Below are positions 13,401 through 28,865 of a stretch of DNA of 64,000 nt, in pieces; position 1 is the first letter of the stretch, and each line of letters begins with the position of its first letter. The DNA is taken from the NCBI GenBank assembly GCA_964270895.1, contig OZ185442.1. One strand, given 5' to 3'. The translations under genes were made by a program, and so were the position numbers. The DNA comes from Podarcis filfolensis. Its lineage: Eukaryota. The notes below the pieces were generated by a model. The model was not told the origin of the DNA and searched no databases. It was given only the letters and a program-made list of their open reading frames with translations.

Positions 13401-16400
13401 ACTGAACCATAGCTCACAAAGAGTGAGCTGCAGCAAGCTTCAGGTGCTCCCTGTTCCTCTACTTTGACCTCAGTGAGTCCATAAGCTTTGGTTCTGTTTC
13501 TGCTTAGCCACAGCTGCTTGTGCCATGGTTTACAAGTTGTTTTGTGTGAAACAAACCATGAGTTAACCAGACTTTGGACAACACAACAAGCTGTCGTTAA
13601 GCGAAAACTTCTGAGCTCCACCTGGCAGCTATGCTGGTGAGGGGAAGTGGGAGTTTGTGAACTTGAATCTCTTGTGATTTAATGTGACATCTGAGCCCAG
13701 GCTTTTGTGCTCCATAATGTCCTTCTTTTGGGTCTCCAGGATTCTGTAAATGCCCTCTACACCAAATGTATTCAGCAGTTATTGAGAGACTCGCACCTTG
13801 TGAGTATGAAATGGTTTGTGTGTGTGTGTGTGTTAAATACAATTTTCTACCCCTTCCCCAGACAGTGCCTGTTAACACTGCCTTTTCTCTCTCTCGTGTC
13901 CTTAGAGGATGCTTGCCAAGCAGGAGCCTCAGATGAATCTGATGAAGCAAGCTGTGGATGTAAGTAGTGGGTTGTTTGTTAGTGGGAATTCCGTAAACTC
14001 ACGGGCATCTCCGGTTCAATTTATTTATTTGTGTTTCAGATGTACATCCACCATGCTCTATATGACCTGATCTTTAAATATGTGGGGACTATTGAGGCGA
14101 GTGAGGTAGGTGTTGCTTTCCCTTGGCCATTCGAATGCCTACTTTTCCAGCGCCAGAATATAAGGTGCTTATCATAGCACTTAAGGAAAGGGTACATTTT
14201 GATCAAAAGGCTTTTGCCTCAAGGTGCATGTAGACATTTCTGACCATTGCTTACATGTATTTTAAAGGAAAAACACTTGGACTATCTGTCCTTAACCCCA
14301 TAGCTCAGTGATAGAGCACCTGTTTTGCATGTAGGAGATGCCATGTTCAATCCCTAGCATCTCCAGTTAGAACGGAGTAGGTAGAAGGTGCCTGAAAACC
14401 TGGAGAATCAAGAGTAGACAATATAGCGCTAGATGGACCAAGCTTGATATACTGAGGCAGCTTCCTATGCTCTATGTACTCATCTACTAGATGGTCTCTG
14501 CGGCCCTCCACCTATTGCTACAATTCCCATCAGACCCAGCAGGCATGGCCACTGGCTAGGAATTCTGGGAGCTGTAGTTCAGCAATGTCTGGAGGGCCAA
14601 AGTTCCCCCATACCTGATCTTCAAACGTCTCAAGATATAGCCAAGAGAGCAGCTTGTTGTGTTTCTAAAATGGCTTCATTTGTATTTGTCAACCAGGATG
14701 CAGCTTTCAACAAAATTACAAGAAGCTTACAAGATCTGCAACAGAAGGACCTGGGTATTAAGCCTGAATTCAGGTGCGCTGCATGGAGATGTCAATCTTA
14801 AAAGATCCACCAGGTTTTTTTGGGGTGGGTGGGTGGGGGAACCAACAACTTGGGTAAGGGATATATGGCTGCTGCTCAGAGCATCTTGCTCTTTGCATGC
14901 TGTGAATCTGTGTACTCTTTGCTGCTTTACCAAAAACAAATATGCAGGTAAGTGGATTGTCGCCCATATGCCCTTGGTGCTACTGAATGAAGAAGTAGGA
15001 AAGGGAGAAGATGAGTTCTGCTGTCAGCACGTGTAACTGGAAGGGCTTGACGGCAACGCTGGACTCTAGACAAATCCCAAGGGATAATACTTCTGCGGCA
15101 ACAGCATATGGAAGAGAGCTTGTAGAACTGCACCCTAGGGATGTGTGCACAGGAGCTTATCAATATGTTGATAAGCAACACAAGTTTTTTTATCAATATG
15201 TTTGTGCTGGAGTTTGCTGACTCCTCAGCTTACTTCCTGTATTTGTGCCTTCAGCAGCAGCTGGATCTGGAGATCATAGTAGGCAGCAGTGTCTTATCTC
15301 TGTCGTAAAGAGCTTCATTTGCTCAGCTTTGTGAATGAAAAAGTCATCAGAACAGGCCAGACCACCTACTCTTCTCCCTGGTCATTTGGCAAGCCTGAAT
15401 TATGCTGAATGTAGGGGTAGAAGTTGGTGTGGTTTGAAATAGGTGCCCACTTTTCGACAGTCACTGTTGCTGCTGCTCAAGTCTGGTGTATGTGCTAAGT
15501 ACTCCTTTCTTTGGACCACACTTCACAGCTTCAACATTCCTCGTGCGAAGCGAGAGCTGGGCCAGCTGAATAAGTGCACCTCCCCACAACAGAAGCTCCT
15601 CTGTCTGCGCAAAGTGGTTCAAATCATAATGCAGTCTCCTAGCCAAAGAGGTCTGTAACCATGGCAATGTAATAATGGTTTCAATAGATCGCCTCTCTGT
15701 GCTTTGAAAAGCCATCTTCATAAGCTTTTAAATGGGGTGCATGTGAGCAGAACCTTGAAATGTAACATTCAGGTGCTTGTTTTCAGGTGTTTATTGGTCT
15801 GTTCTTGTTTTATCATGTATTTTGTGTCCTCATTTTGTATTATGTTGTGAACCACCCTGTGATCTGCAGATAAAGAGTGGTATACAAATGTTTACAACAA
15901 CAACAATTTTTTTTATCACTTGGAAATTAGTGCTTTCCCTTGAACTGAGGCATCTGTATGGCAGGGCTTGTTCTGAGAGACTCCCCCAGCTTGAAAGGGC
16001 TAGAATAGAAGGTATAATTCAGACAGTACTTAGACCATTGTCCCTGGCACTTGTCGGGCTGGTCTTTTCTTCCTTTTACCCAGAAAGATGGCTTGAAAAC
16101 GAGTAAAAGACTTCAAGGAACTGGTTATATCTGTGTAGGGTTTTAAATTGAACTTCCTTGTGTTTAGGAGTGCCTGCTGTATTTCTTTGTTTCACACAAA
16201 GGGCATTCCTTCAAGATGTGCCTGAAGCTTCTGGATTTAAAAACTGCTGCTGATCAATTGTGGTGGCAGCACCTTTAGTCTGCTGAAAGCTTTCTAAACA
16301 CTGCAGCCCTAATTAGAAGCATTTAGGCACTATCACTAGCATAGAAATGTGACTCCACTTTTTCCTCCCCACTTCAGTTAACATGGAGACCATGTGTGCA

Positions 16401-19400
16401 GATGACCTTCTCTCAGTCCTGCTGTACCTTCTTGTGAAAACGGAGATTCCAAACTGGTATGTGACAAGTCTCCTTTTACTCCTGAGTGTTACTTCTCTGC
16501 TGCAAGAGCGCTAAACAAGGCAGAGTGCTGAAAGGTTTCTAGCATTGCTTGAAGTCATGGAGTCTGTAAGCTAGGATGGCTGTCAGCTGCCCACCTCCCC
16601 CCGTCCCAATATTGATTGTGTTTCAGGATGCGAAGGGGTCTGGTTTGTGACTCTGGGTAGCTCCACTTATCCAGATGATTGCATAGCTGATTTAAGTGTT
16701 TGGTTCCATTTCCAAATGTGATTAAGAAATCACATGTTCCAGTATTGGAGCCAAACCCGCTCCAAATAAACTGGAGGCAGAATCTGACTTAAGTCTTAAA
16801 ACCCAACCTACATTTGGTTTATGGGATAATTTGAAGTCTGTACTAGCTGTTCACTAGCAAATGACCGTTGCAGTACAGTCCTCTATCCTGAGCAAAGCCT
16901 TAATTGGATGCTTCTGTGTTCTAAGGTTTTATAGCAGAACTGTGAGAAGCATTGTGACTTGCTTTGGACTTGAAATAGTAGTTTGAGTCAAGGACCAAAA
17001 ATACATATTATCAATTCTATGATTGCATTGCCCTGGAAATGGACATAATAACACTGCGCAGCTGAGTGCTTCTAACTGGTGGCAGTTTCAGACTCTCCAA
17101 TCGAGATGCATCCTGAGTCAGAAATGTTCAACCTGGTCCTCTTATTGCCATTTGAGTAGAAACCCCTTTTGGGTGTGGATATTTAATATTTTGCTGCTTT
17201 TGAAAATCACTTGCCTTGCTTGGACAGCATGTATCACAAATCTGAAATCTCACAGATCTGAAATATGTGTAGGGTACTAACATCTGTCACAAAATAGACC
17301 TTGGTTGTTACATTGGCAAGATGCAACTGGGAACTAAAAATGTAAATGCTTACAGCAGACCTGTTGTATTAGCAACGTGCCATTTCCAGGGATTACATGC
17401 ATTTAACAAATGTGCTTATGTTTTTGGACGTCAGTTATAACGCAGGGCTGATTTTTTCTTTTTAATCTGCGTGTCTTGAATGTGCACGTGTTGTGTCCTT
17501 TTGTAAATGTGTGGCTATTTGAAACAAAGCACTGCACAGCTTGCATCTCAGGACAGGGCCTTGCAATACAAATGACATGGCTTTTTGTGGTGGTAACCTG
17601 CTAGAAAATAAAGCCAAATTGTTTTAATCTTATTTTTTTCTTCTACCCCCTGCCTCCTAAAACCCACCAATATGATTGTACCCATCAGAATGATCCTGGA
17701 AAGCTGTAATAAGTGTGATCCCTATAGTCTTTTTTTATAGCTTGTCAGTTTTGACTGCCAATCCAAGAATGCCATTTGTTCTTGGTTTTGTTGGGGCTGG
17801 GAGTTCAGAGATCAAAACATATCTTGTTATTGGAAGTATGCAGGATCAAACTGCAGAAAAAGTGTGGATTAATAACATGTTGTCTTAATGGCTTTCTGTT
17901 TATTCAGGAGCCTTTCATGATCAGCTGTGTGCATTCTGAAAATGGAACAGGCGCCCTGCTCTTTCCTCCCTAAATATTGTGCCTGCAAGCATTGAAACCC
18001 ACTCAGAATAAATTAAACTTGTGGATGATGAGGGGCTCTCTGTGGGAGATAGGATAAATGTTTTGATCTTGCATTAGTGATTGGAAGTTGAGGAACCAAT
18101 TAGATGTGCATGCAGTTTTAAGCGACCTTTCTCAGTCATCTCCACTTCTTGAGTAATGTCTTGGAAGCCTTATATGCTATTTTATTTTCTGTCTAGGATG
18201 GCAAACTTGAGTTACATCAAGAACTTCAGGTTTTGCAGCTCAGCAAAGGATGAACTTGGATACTGCCTGACTTCAGTTGAGGCTGCAATAGAATACATCC
18301 GTCAAGGAAACCTCTCGGACAGGCCAACAGTAAGTCACTTTAATAGGGGTTGCAACATAAAGTCTGGCTTGATAACTGCAATTGTGCAGCAGTTGTGATT
18401 GTAATAGGAGCGCCTTCTGGACGTACATCTCATTTGCAACAGTTTACTGTTTGCCTGTGCACATTGCTTAAAGGTCTCCGTAAGCAGACTTGAGCCATTG
18501 CTCAAAGAGACTTGTAAAAGGACAACCTTGAGCCCTGGTAGACTTCTGTTCAACTTTATTTGAAGGACAAGGAGTATGAGCTGTAGCATAAGCACACCCA
18601 TGCTCTTCTATGCACTCCACCATTTGTCTCCAAGTGTTGGCATGTTTAGAATAGACAGTGCCCAAAATTATAGCAGTGGGATACAATTAGATCCCTTTTG
18701 TCGGTAAAAAAAATAAATACCATGCTTAACATTTCAGAATTCAGGAAACAGATCTGTAGCATTGCTGAAGCTAAGTAGCTGTTGCCCTCTCCAGGAATTG
18801 GGATGGGAGATCACCAGGAGAGCCCTGTAAAAACAGAACATGCACACAATAAATGTGGGCCACATCTGCACCAGGCATTGAAAGCACTATTAAACCACTT
18901 TAAACTGTCATGGCTTCTCCCAAGGAATTCTGGGAACTGTTGTTAAGTATCAGGAGTTTCTAGGAGATCTCCTATTCCCCACCCCCTGAGCTGCAATTTC
19001 CGTAGTGGGTTAACAATAACTCTCTTCCCAGGGAATTCTGGGAATTGTAGCTCTCTGAAGGGGAATAGGGGTGTCCAACAACTCTCGGAACTCTTAACAA
19101 ACTACAGTTCCCAGGATGCATTTTTTGGAGGGAGCCATTATTATTAAAGTGGTACAATACTGGTTTAAATGTGGGCAATGGATGTGGCCATGAAACAGGT
19201 GGAAATGCTGCAGATATCCTTTGGTCAGTGTAGTTTCCTCGGACTTTATTTTAACCTTCCAAAACTAGGTGCTCCCGCTCTGATATGGAGGCTGAAGGAT
19301 GTGAACCTGGTACCACAATGAAACCTGCACCTGATCCAGCTGCCAAGAGATGGAACTTAGCTGCTTAATGGCTCTGTCTGTGGGGCTTGACATAGAAGGG

Positions 19401-22400
19401 GGTGGGGGCCCTACTGTGGGACACACATCACAAAATCTGCTTTTTAAAATTCGTTTTACAGCATTTTTCACTTTGCTCTTTCAGCGGTAAAATCTTTTAA
19501 GCAGATTTGTGGCACTTGGCTACTCCTTTTTTATATTTAAAAAAAAAGCAAATGTGTATCACAAGTCTTGCTTCCTAACTACTATGTAAAAAAAAGAAAA
19601 GAAAAAAGTTTGTGTCCAAAAAGAGGAGGGGGATAAAAAATAAAAATAAAAGCCCACATTTATATTTCAGTCTTTGATCTGAAGGAAGTTTGAACTCTTT
19701 AATATCAGTTACCCACCTTGTTAACAGAAAAGATTCGGGCAGAGATGTTAAGACTACAGCAACTTGCTATGTTTTGTAAAATAAAAGGCATAAATGAACT
19801 TGGATGACAAATGTGTGTGTGTTCTTTAAAGTAAAGCTGCTTTGAAACAACAACAAAAATGCTTTTCTGTCTTTAAAGTTAGTTTGCTTTTTCTTGCTGG
19901 CAATTTTACCTAAATACATACTTGGATACTTCTACGCTGCCTTGTGCTGCTAGGTTTCAATAGCTTTTTACCGTCAGACTCTTCGTATGGAAGGAGAATC
20001 TTCTGACATTGCACTGACATCTCTTGGTGCAAGATTTCAGACTTAAGTTCTCTCGAGTTTGAAGAATCCTGCTTTACTGTGTGTGGCAGGCAAATTATTT
20101 AAGAGACCTTGACTGTGGATTTCTAGACCCAAATTGGACACACTATCGGGCACACATTTAAACCTAATCAGTTCAGTTACATTGAAAGCAGCGTTGCGGG
20201 GGGCAGCTGGTCTTTATTCTATTTGCTAATGGAGTTCAGTGGGGTAGGAAAGTACCTAGGTAAGCCATCAGTAGGGATTTTTAAAGCACTTTCACTGTTT
20301 GAATTGGGGTCCCTACTTTCTGTCTTCACAAGAGGGCATACCTGGATTTTAAGTATACAAGAACATGGTGAGATGCCTTCACTCCCCACCTCCCCTGATC
20401 AAATTATTGGTGTATCTAGCTTCAGTGTGATAGCAACTCTTAGGTTTGAGATGGGAGTCTTTCGAAGCCCTATGAAGAGATGCTGGGATTGAACCTGGGT
20501 GCTCCTCTCCCATGCAAAGCATGTGCTCTGCCACTGAGCTATGGCCCTCCTTCACAGATGTATGCTGCCATGGCGTTTAGTACCCTGCCTGCTGGATACA
20601 GTGTTAACCCCCCAGCTCCTGTCACTGTTTGTGGCATCAGTTGCCTTTTCTCTGAGGCACTTGTAGAAAATTGTCCTAGGCAGACCAGTCAGTGCTTATC
20701 CCTATTGCTGAAGTACAACTTGAAACACTGCTCTCTAGCGTGCCGCCTTCACGAGAGTAAAAAAGGAAAGGGTTGACGCTTAACACTTGGAAAAAATCTC
20801 TTTAAAACTGCCTGGCAGATCCCTTTGAAAGAAGCCACCAGCAGGGCCTTTCCTCCTCAGTACCCACTGCAGCCTAGAGCTACAGTGTGCAAGCTGTAAA
20901 TTCAGGCATGCGGGCAATGGGAACAGCAGCACTTCCAATGGCTAAATAGTACACTGATTGGCTTAATACAGAATCAGAACACCAGTCTGCCACCTCAGCA
21001 TTGTCTTCAAGGACTGGCAGTTCCTCCCTGGGGTTTCAGGCAGGTTTGGGAATCCCTCCTGAGTCCTACCTGCAGGTGCTACTGGGGCCTTCTGCATGCC
21101 AAGCAGGGACTCAGCCACTGAGCTACGGCAAACCTGGGTCATATGTACAATAGTTTATGTGGGTTGCATAATCCCAGGCATAAATGTGGCAATCTCAGGG
21201 GCACTTGACTCTTGTTTGGAAAGCTGAAGCCATGTCCCCTTGCTCTTCAGCATGTGGCATCGTAGGACAGTGTCTTCTGACTACATCAATTGCAGAAGGA
21301 TGGCTTGCTGTGGAGAGCAAGCAGGAGTCCTACAAAATTAATGTTTAAACCACTAATACTTATCCTGTTCCAATTTCTTAAATTATATGCTGCCTTGGGA
21401 GTGCTCCTCTTGAAATTATCAATGCTCCATCAAGAAAACATTGAAGCCTCTACCAGACCAAATAGCAATAAGCATTTAAAGTAAAGCTTTAAATAATCCA
21501 GTGGCAGCTGTATAGAATCCCTGAAATTACAGATATCTGTGCCCTAGTGCAGGAGCCAGAGCATTGGGTTCCATCACCCTAGCAGAACCCACAGCTGATT
21601 CCTGCTCCACCCTTCTCCCCTACTTTTTTTTTTCTTCCTAGGCATACAGTGCCAGATGATGTGATCAAGGCATCCTTTTAATTTCTACTGTGCCCCAGGT
21701 CATGTTCTGCAGCATTGTGGGAAACAAAAGAGTAGTTAGATCCTGCTGTCAAGTGCTGGTACCAAAGCCAGGTAAAACCTCTTAGAGCCCACCAGCAGCA
21801 GAGGCAGTCCAAGAGAGGACCATTTGCTCAGGGTCCCCTCAAATCTGAGAGGAGCAGTATGAGTCCCTCACCTGCTTGTTGGAGGGAGAAATTGGTGGGG
21901 GCAGTGGAGTGTGCTGCTTGGAAGGAAGAACTGGCTAGGACCATGAATAGGAGTGTCCCTTGCTGGAGGAAGGAAACATTGCCTCTCATATAGCAGGTCC
22001 CAATTGTGTGTATATCACCAGTATGTTCGATATGATGCTAACCTGGTGCCTTGTTGAACAACTATCAGGCCCAGCCAGCACAGCAAATGATTAGGGGAGT
22101 TGGCACCAGGTTCATGGAACTATTTAGCTTGGGGCAATTATATTCTACTTTTATAAGATGAAAAACCACTCAAAATGGCTAAACCCAAGCTGCATTGGAA
22201 ATTGAAATTGAAACAAGGAAACTGAATAAGCAGCAGGAAACCATAGTACGAGTGCAGACAAACAGGTTTATGCTCAAAATATAAGCACTACCTTCACTGA
22301 GTCGTTTCTAATCATACAAAATGTGTACAAAAGAAACTGGGCTCTTCCTTAAACCTGCTGTCCAGTCTAGTCCTAATCTTTAGTAGATTACAGGCTAGTT

Positions 22401-25400
22401 GTTCCTCTAGCCCAGTGTGGTCCACTTTGACTGGCAGGTATTCTCAACGGTCTTCACCATCACAAGCTTCCTGGTTTTGTTATTAGCAACTGAATTTCAG
22501 GATCTTTTCCATGCAAAATGTACTGTATCATTCTTGTCATTCCTTAACCACATTCTAACTTATGGCCCTTTCGTTACCTTACTCCATCAGGCTAGTAGGC
22601 TTTATCCCAAGCTGCCATAGTTATCAGTGGAGGCCAGAGCCCTCTGAGTGGAAGTAATCAAGTGGGAAAGGACCATTTGGTCATACCGAGATGGTCTGAC
22701 GTAGCAATGGTAATTGGACCACATCAGATAAAGCTATGACATAGGGCCAGTGTGAATGTGCTCCACTATTTATTTGTATGGGGCTCGAACTATGCACTCA
22801 TTCAGTTTTACACACCACTGTTGCTGCCATATTTGGAGGTTGTATGCATCACACCCTTGCGGGGTGACCTTGTTGGTGTGGGAGAGAAACCAGATTTTCT
22901 GGCTGGAAATTTTTGACACACACCATAACTCACATGGCAGGGCAACTAAAAACAAATCACTGCCCATATACAGTTTGAGGTGGTGCATTCTCCAAGTGAG
23001 TGAGGACCATACTGCCTTACATACACAGATTCAAATGAGTGCTATAGCTCTGTTTGCATTAGTGCACAAATAATCTGGTTTGTGACACCCGCTTCATGCT
23101 AACGGTAACTTTCCAGGAATTACTGCAAAATGCCCCAATGACTTACAAGCTGAGATGCTGTCTACCCTACATTTATCTTTCTCTTTTACAGAACAGGCAA
23201 TGTTGCTTTCCCATGTGCCATTTTCATCAGCTCTATAAGAAACTTGAAAGTTAGACTGACTAGAGCTATGTATTCAAGGGACACATTAATTTGGACATAA
23301 AACTTTAAGTCAAAGGTTACCTGTGCCTTCAACGTGAATTTACAGCCAAGCCAGGCAGTGCCACTAAACTGAGCACAGGGGAGGCAGGAATGGCTCATAA
23401 GATTCCAGGGCCCTAAAAACACAGGAACTACTTTCCTCAGGAATGTTAAGCTGGCACTTCGATCTGCCTGTAAATTACATTGTTACAGACACCACTTTTG
23501 CCAAATTTCTTTTGTCTCTTGAGAGGACTGGGAAGTACTTGCTATGGGCATAATATAAACATTTATTATGGCACAATATGGCTACATTATATAGTAACAT
23601 GATAAGCACCAGAGGTTAGATGGGTGGTGACTAAAGTGGTGTTCTAGTTAGGGAATACTCTCCTCAGAGACACTTGTATCCACACTTCCCCTTGTCCCGC
23701 TGCTCTCCCCTGGGGAAAAGTGCTCTTTAGTGCTCAGTAGGAGCAAATGGCAATTCAGGTTTTCTGTGGATTGCCATTTGTTCCAATTTATTGTTAAAGA
23801 GCAGATATTCCCTGGGAAAAGAATGGGGCAAGGGGACAACCACATGGACTGCTGCCTAGAAAGCATATAAATAATAAAATTATTATTATTATAGGTCAAG
23901 CAGAAAACCACTCTTATATGTGCTTTCTAGGCACCAGCCCTCCCCTGGTGTCAACGTTGGTGACTTTCTGGAGCCAGTTTAACACTGGTTTATTTGGCCA
24001 CGTTTCTCATGAAACTGCAACCTCTGCTCTTCTATATATATTGCTGCTTTTACTTTGTTTTTTATTGATGGTATTACATGGCCTTAATTCAGTTTCATTC
24101 TAACCTTATTACAGTGGTACCTCGGGTTACATACGCTTCAGGTTACAGACTCTGCCAACCCAGAAATAGTACCTTGGGTTAAGAACTTTGCTTCAGGATG
24201 AGAACAGAAATTGTGCAGCGGCAGCGACAGCAGGAGGCCCCATTAGCTAAAGTGGTGCTTCAGGTTAAGAACAGTTTCCGGTTAAGAACGGACTCCAGAA
24301 TGAATTAAGTTCTTAACCTGAGGTACCACTGTATTGTTATTATTGTTTTTCTTTTTAGTTTTTCTTTGTACATGTAAAGGCAGGGTATAGGCCTTTTAAA
24401 CAAATAAAATAATTGAAAATATCTTACTTGGTATAATCAGATCATGGGCATCAATTTTACGTTGTTGAGCTTGGCTTGAAAATAGACTTTGCTGTGTTGA
24501 ACTGATCAATTCAGTGTTGTATGCTATGCCAGGAATAAATTGATAGTAGGTTCTTTTCCCCCTCACAGGGATCTGAAGGATTTAGTGAGAAGCTATTCTT
24601 AAGACAAAGAATGAATTTACTGTCTCAGATGTCCAACACCCCAATTGACTGCTTGTTTCAGGTTTGGATTGCATGAATATTATGTCAGCTCTGAGAAATG
24701 GCCAGAAAACTACATTCCATTCTAAGAAAGTTTAGAACCCTTGTAACAGCTCAATGTTTTGAAGGTTCCACCCCCCTTAAAATATATCTTAATCTTTCCA
24801 TGATTTTGCTTTTGTTTTAGAGTGAGTGAAAGAGATGTCCAGTCCCCCCACTAGTTTAGCTTTTATTGGATATTTCAATTACTGATGGTTCAAACAGACC
24901 AGGTAGTTGGTTTTGCACAGCCAACAACATGTCCAGTCAGAGTCTGTATATTATGATTAAGAGTTGGGAGAACATGCTGGCTGGTTAGATGACGATATTA
25001 TTATTTTATTAAATTTATATCCTATCCTTCCTCCCTAATGAGCCCAGGGCAGCAAACATGTCAATAATAAAATGACACAATAAAAATGTCTAAAAATAGT
25101 TAAAAACAAAACCCTGATCTCAGGGTTGCCAGGATCTTTCAGCCATCAAAATGGTCAAGTAGGCTGTGACCAAGCTGCTCCAGGATGATATGGGGTATCT
25201 AGACCTACTTCAGTTTGGCTTCTGGATAGTGTTTAGGATTGAAATAACATTGGCTGATCCATTTTTTTGCCATGATATAGAGAGGAGGAGTGTGATATTA
25301 CCAGTTGTGGCACCTTTTAAGGATTGGCCATGGTTCTGCTTCTATGTTGCATTCCAGAAGATGCTGCTGGGAGACCTATGCAGATCTAGGTTTCTGTAAT

Positions 25401-28400
25401 GTATGAATCCACCCCTATTCATATTCACCTTTCTTCTGCCTTCTCCTGCACCCCACCTCCATTTGTTTGGTTCTGAATTTGGCGCCAGTGTCTGTCTCAC
25501 CTTTTGCCCTTCTTTGCAGCATGTTGCTTCAGGCAACCAGGAAGAAGCAGAGCGCTTGTTAAGCCAAGGAGACAACGATAAGGACACTGTGCAAAAAATG
25601 TGCCATCCGCTCTGTTTCTGTGATAAGTGTGAGAAGCTGGTTTCTGGGTAAGGGTTGTGTTTTCAAAGTTTTCCAGACTTTTTCAAAGCATTATTGGAAA
25701 CTATGTTGCTAGTGAGTTGGTTGAGACATAACCCTAAACTATGGTTTGTGCGAACTGCAGTGTAGACTCCAAACCATGGTTTGTGTGGTTCCTTCCCCCA
25801 GTCCCCGAAGAATTTCTGAATTCTCTCCCAAGCAGCAACCTCTGAGGGCAAAGCAACATCCCAATGTTGTTCCAAGGAGCCCAAACCATGTTTTATCAAT
25901 TTAGATGCAAAGTCAAGGCAACAGTTTGCCAAGCCGTAGGTGAACCAGGTTTACACCCTGCTTTGGTGATGGCAGACAATGTTTCAGCCAATCAACTACC
26001 ATGAATGTTTGGTGGTGAGAGAGGGGAATTTAAAGTGGTTGGCTTTTCTACTCACCTTAAGTGCAAAGTGAGCAAAGCGGCTTATAAAGCTTTATTTCCT
26101 CCCCCTCCCAATGACCTTTTCTAACAGCAAAACAGCTTTGCTGACTATTCAGACTGTAGCTTTCCTGCTTCAGCCTTGTTCCTTGGACTAAATTTCCCTG
26201 GGAACAGCACTTCATCGTGGCACAGTGTTGTTCCCAGGGACACCCTCAGGAAAAAAATATGTCTGCCGCCATCACAGCAACTGTTCAGTAAACGTACAAG
26301 AGCTCTGTAAGGAAGATTGTTATTATAATTTCCATTATACGGGTGGGAGGAACTGAGGCGAAGAGAACAGTTGCTAGCGAGTTCAGTGTTGAGACCAGAT
26401 TCAGCTGGTGACCTTACAACAAGCCATGCAAGGCTGCTCACTTGTTGCCATGTTCTTTGGTGATTTTAAACAAGGCAGCTGTGTGAAACATACACTGTCC
26501 TTTGCTTGCCTGTGTTCTGTTTGTTAAGGATGACTTTTTTTTTTACTTTAAGGAAGCTGAACGATCCTTCCATTGTGACACCGTTTTCTAGAGATGACCG
26601 GGGATTCACTCCGCTTCATATAGCTGCAATATGTGGTAAGCGCTGCAGTTCTTCATTCGTGACTATGGCAGTAGTTTTCTGATTCCCCCACTCTCTACAA
26701 ACCATTGTCTTCCGAGGAGTCCCTGACCCCCCCTTCACCTGGCACGTTGCACAGGATTCTCAGGTGTTCTTGAAGGTTTACCTACAGCAGCCGCCAGGCC
26801 TTGGGGACGCTCCCATATAAACTGAGCATAAGTGTAATGATGCATCCAGCGTACACTTACAACTTCAAATTGCAATTGAAGAACGCACTTGACTTTTGTC
26901 CCCTGTTCTAATCTTCTCATGGAGAAGAGACCTTTTGTCTATGGCAGACCCACATGGTTCAACTGCTGGCGTTACAAGTTAAAACTATCAGAGAGTGGGT
27001 GAATGGAAACACCTCTGCTTGAGAGCCACTACTAGTCAGAAAAGAGTGCTGGGCTACTAGTTTAATTTGTTATAAAGCCGTTTCCTTACAACAACAACAA
27101 CAACTTCGACAACAACAACTACTTCTAGTTAACCTTCCATGGATTTCAGGGGTTCTCTGGGGCACAGTTAGAAAGCTATTAGAATTCCACTCCAGGTCTG
27201 GAGTGGATTTCAACATCTGCCCAGCACAAATCTTGCTACAAGGACATCATTTGCTCTACAGGACCAAACTGCAGTATACAGACCTAAGTGTAAGTCTGTA
27301 TGGCTTTGGTTATTCCAGATGGGAGCTGGTGGCCAGATTATCTTGCTTTTTGGCTTGATTTGATTTATTATGTTTCTGTGCTGCTTTTCACTCAAACGAA
27401 TCCCAAAGTGGCTTACAAATAATGAATAATAATAACATGATAGAACATAATAGAACATCATGAATTCAGCCTAGATCATACAGAATAATTAACAAATCAT
27501 CAGTGAAACAATTACAATCCATAAAACACTTGTTAGCAAAACAGCAACTAAAGAACAGGCTAAACATCACAAATAAAAGTCGTATTATATAATTAACAAA
27601 TCAACACAGCATTTATATTCTATGAAAATAATATTAACAAAATATCAATCAAAAAATGAAATAAGTGCTGTTAAGTTCATACACACACTTTCCACACCCC
27701 CAGGTAGCAGTGGGGTGAATTGGCCTTGATAACTTTTGGCTTCCTCCAAATTCCTGACTCTGTAATTCTATTTCTTGGGGAGCTTCCCCTGAAGGCCTTT
27801 TCTGCAGCATCAAATATATTGCTGCAGCATCCACCTGCTGTGTGTAGGCCACTGATTTGAGAATTTGCAGCCAAGTTCACTGGTTTTGGGGGGTTACACT
27901 TAGTTACCTCTTCTTTTCCCAACGTAGGATGACTTTTCTGTGTACTTATAATATGCACTCGCAGCAATTCGTTACTGGGCTGTCTCCAGAGTTGAGATTG
28001 ATTCATTCATTATTGCTGGAAAGGCCCCTGCCAAGCTGTGACCTAGAACAGTAATGTGCCAACAAGCTGAGGGGTGTCTTATCACCACGAGCAAATGCTA
28101 AGTTGCCTGTCATATGGCGCCTGCAAGTGCCAGGAGAGGCAGCAGATTGTTCAGTTCCCAGTTTGACCCAGAGGGTGACACTTCCTTTTCTCACTGTGAG
28201 ATGCTGACATTTTGAGTCTGAGAAGCTATATACCTTTCTCCACAGGGCAAGCATCTTTAATTGACTTGCTGGTCTCCAAAGGAGCCATTGTCAATGCGAC
28301 GGATTATCACGGATCAACGCCACTTCACCTCGCCTGTCAGAAAGGATACCAGAATGTTACCGTAAGCACAGATCTTACGTAATAATAACAACATTTTATG

Positions 28401-28827
28401 TACCTTTCAGTCCAGTATTGCTTGTAGATTAAAAGCAATGGCTTGGCCGTTTGCTGATGACAGGAACGGTGGCTTTTTGAGGGTTTCCCCCCCATGAATG
28501 CTTTTTAAAAAAAATATATATATATATATATATATATAAAGATATTTACATACGGCTATATCATAAAAAATATATCACTACAGTTTGCAACAATATGGCT
28601 TCTCCATATGTTATTTGACTTCAATTCCCTTCAGCTCCCACAAAATACTGACCATTTGGAGGGTCTATAATATTTCTTTAAACAGCAAAAACAAAACAAA
28701 CAAACAAAAAAACCATTAATGAAGTAGAAATCCTCCACTGCTTCCTCTGGAGGAGACAATTTGATGCTGACAGATTTGGCTCTGAAAAAAGTTTCAGACA
28801 TTATGAAATTAGTCTTGTTTTTAAACA

Positions 28828-28865
<38 letters not shown>
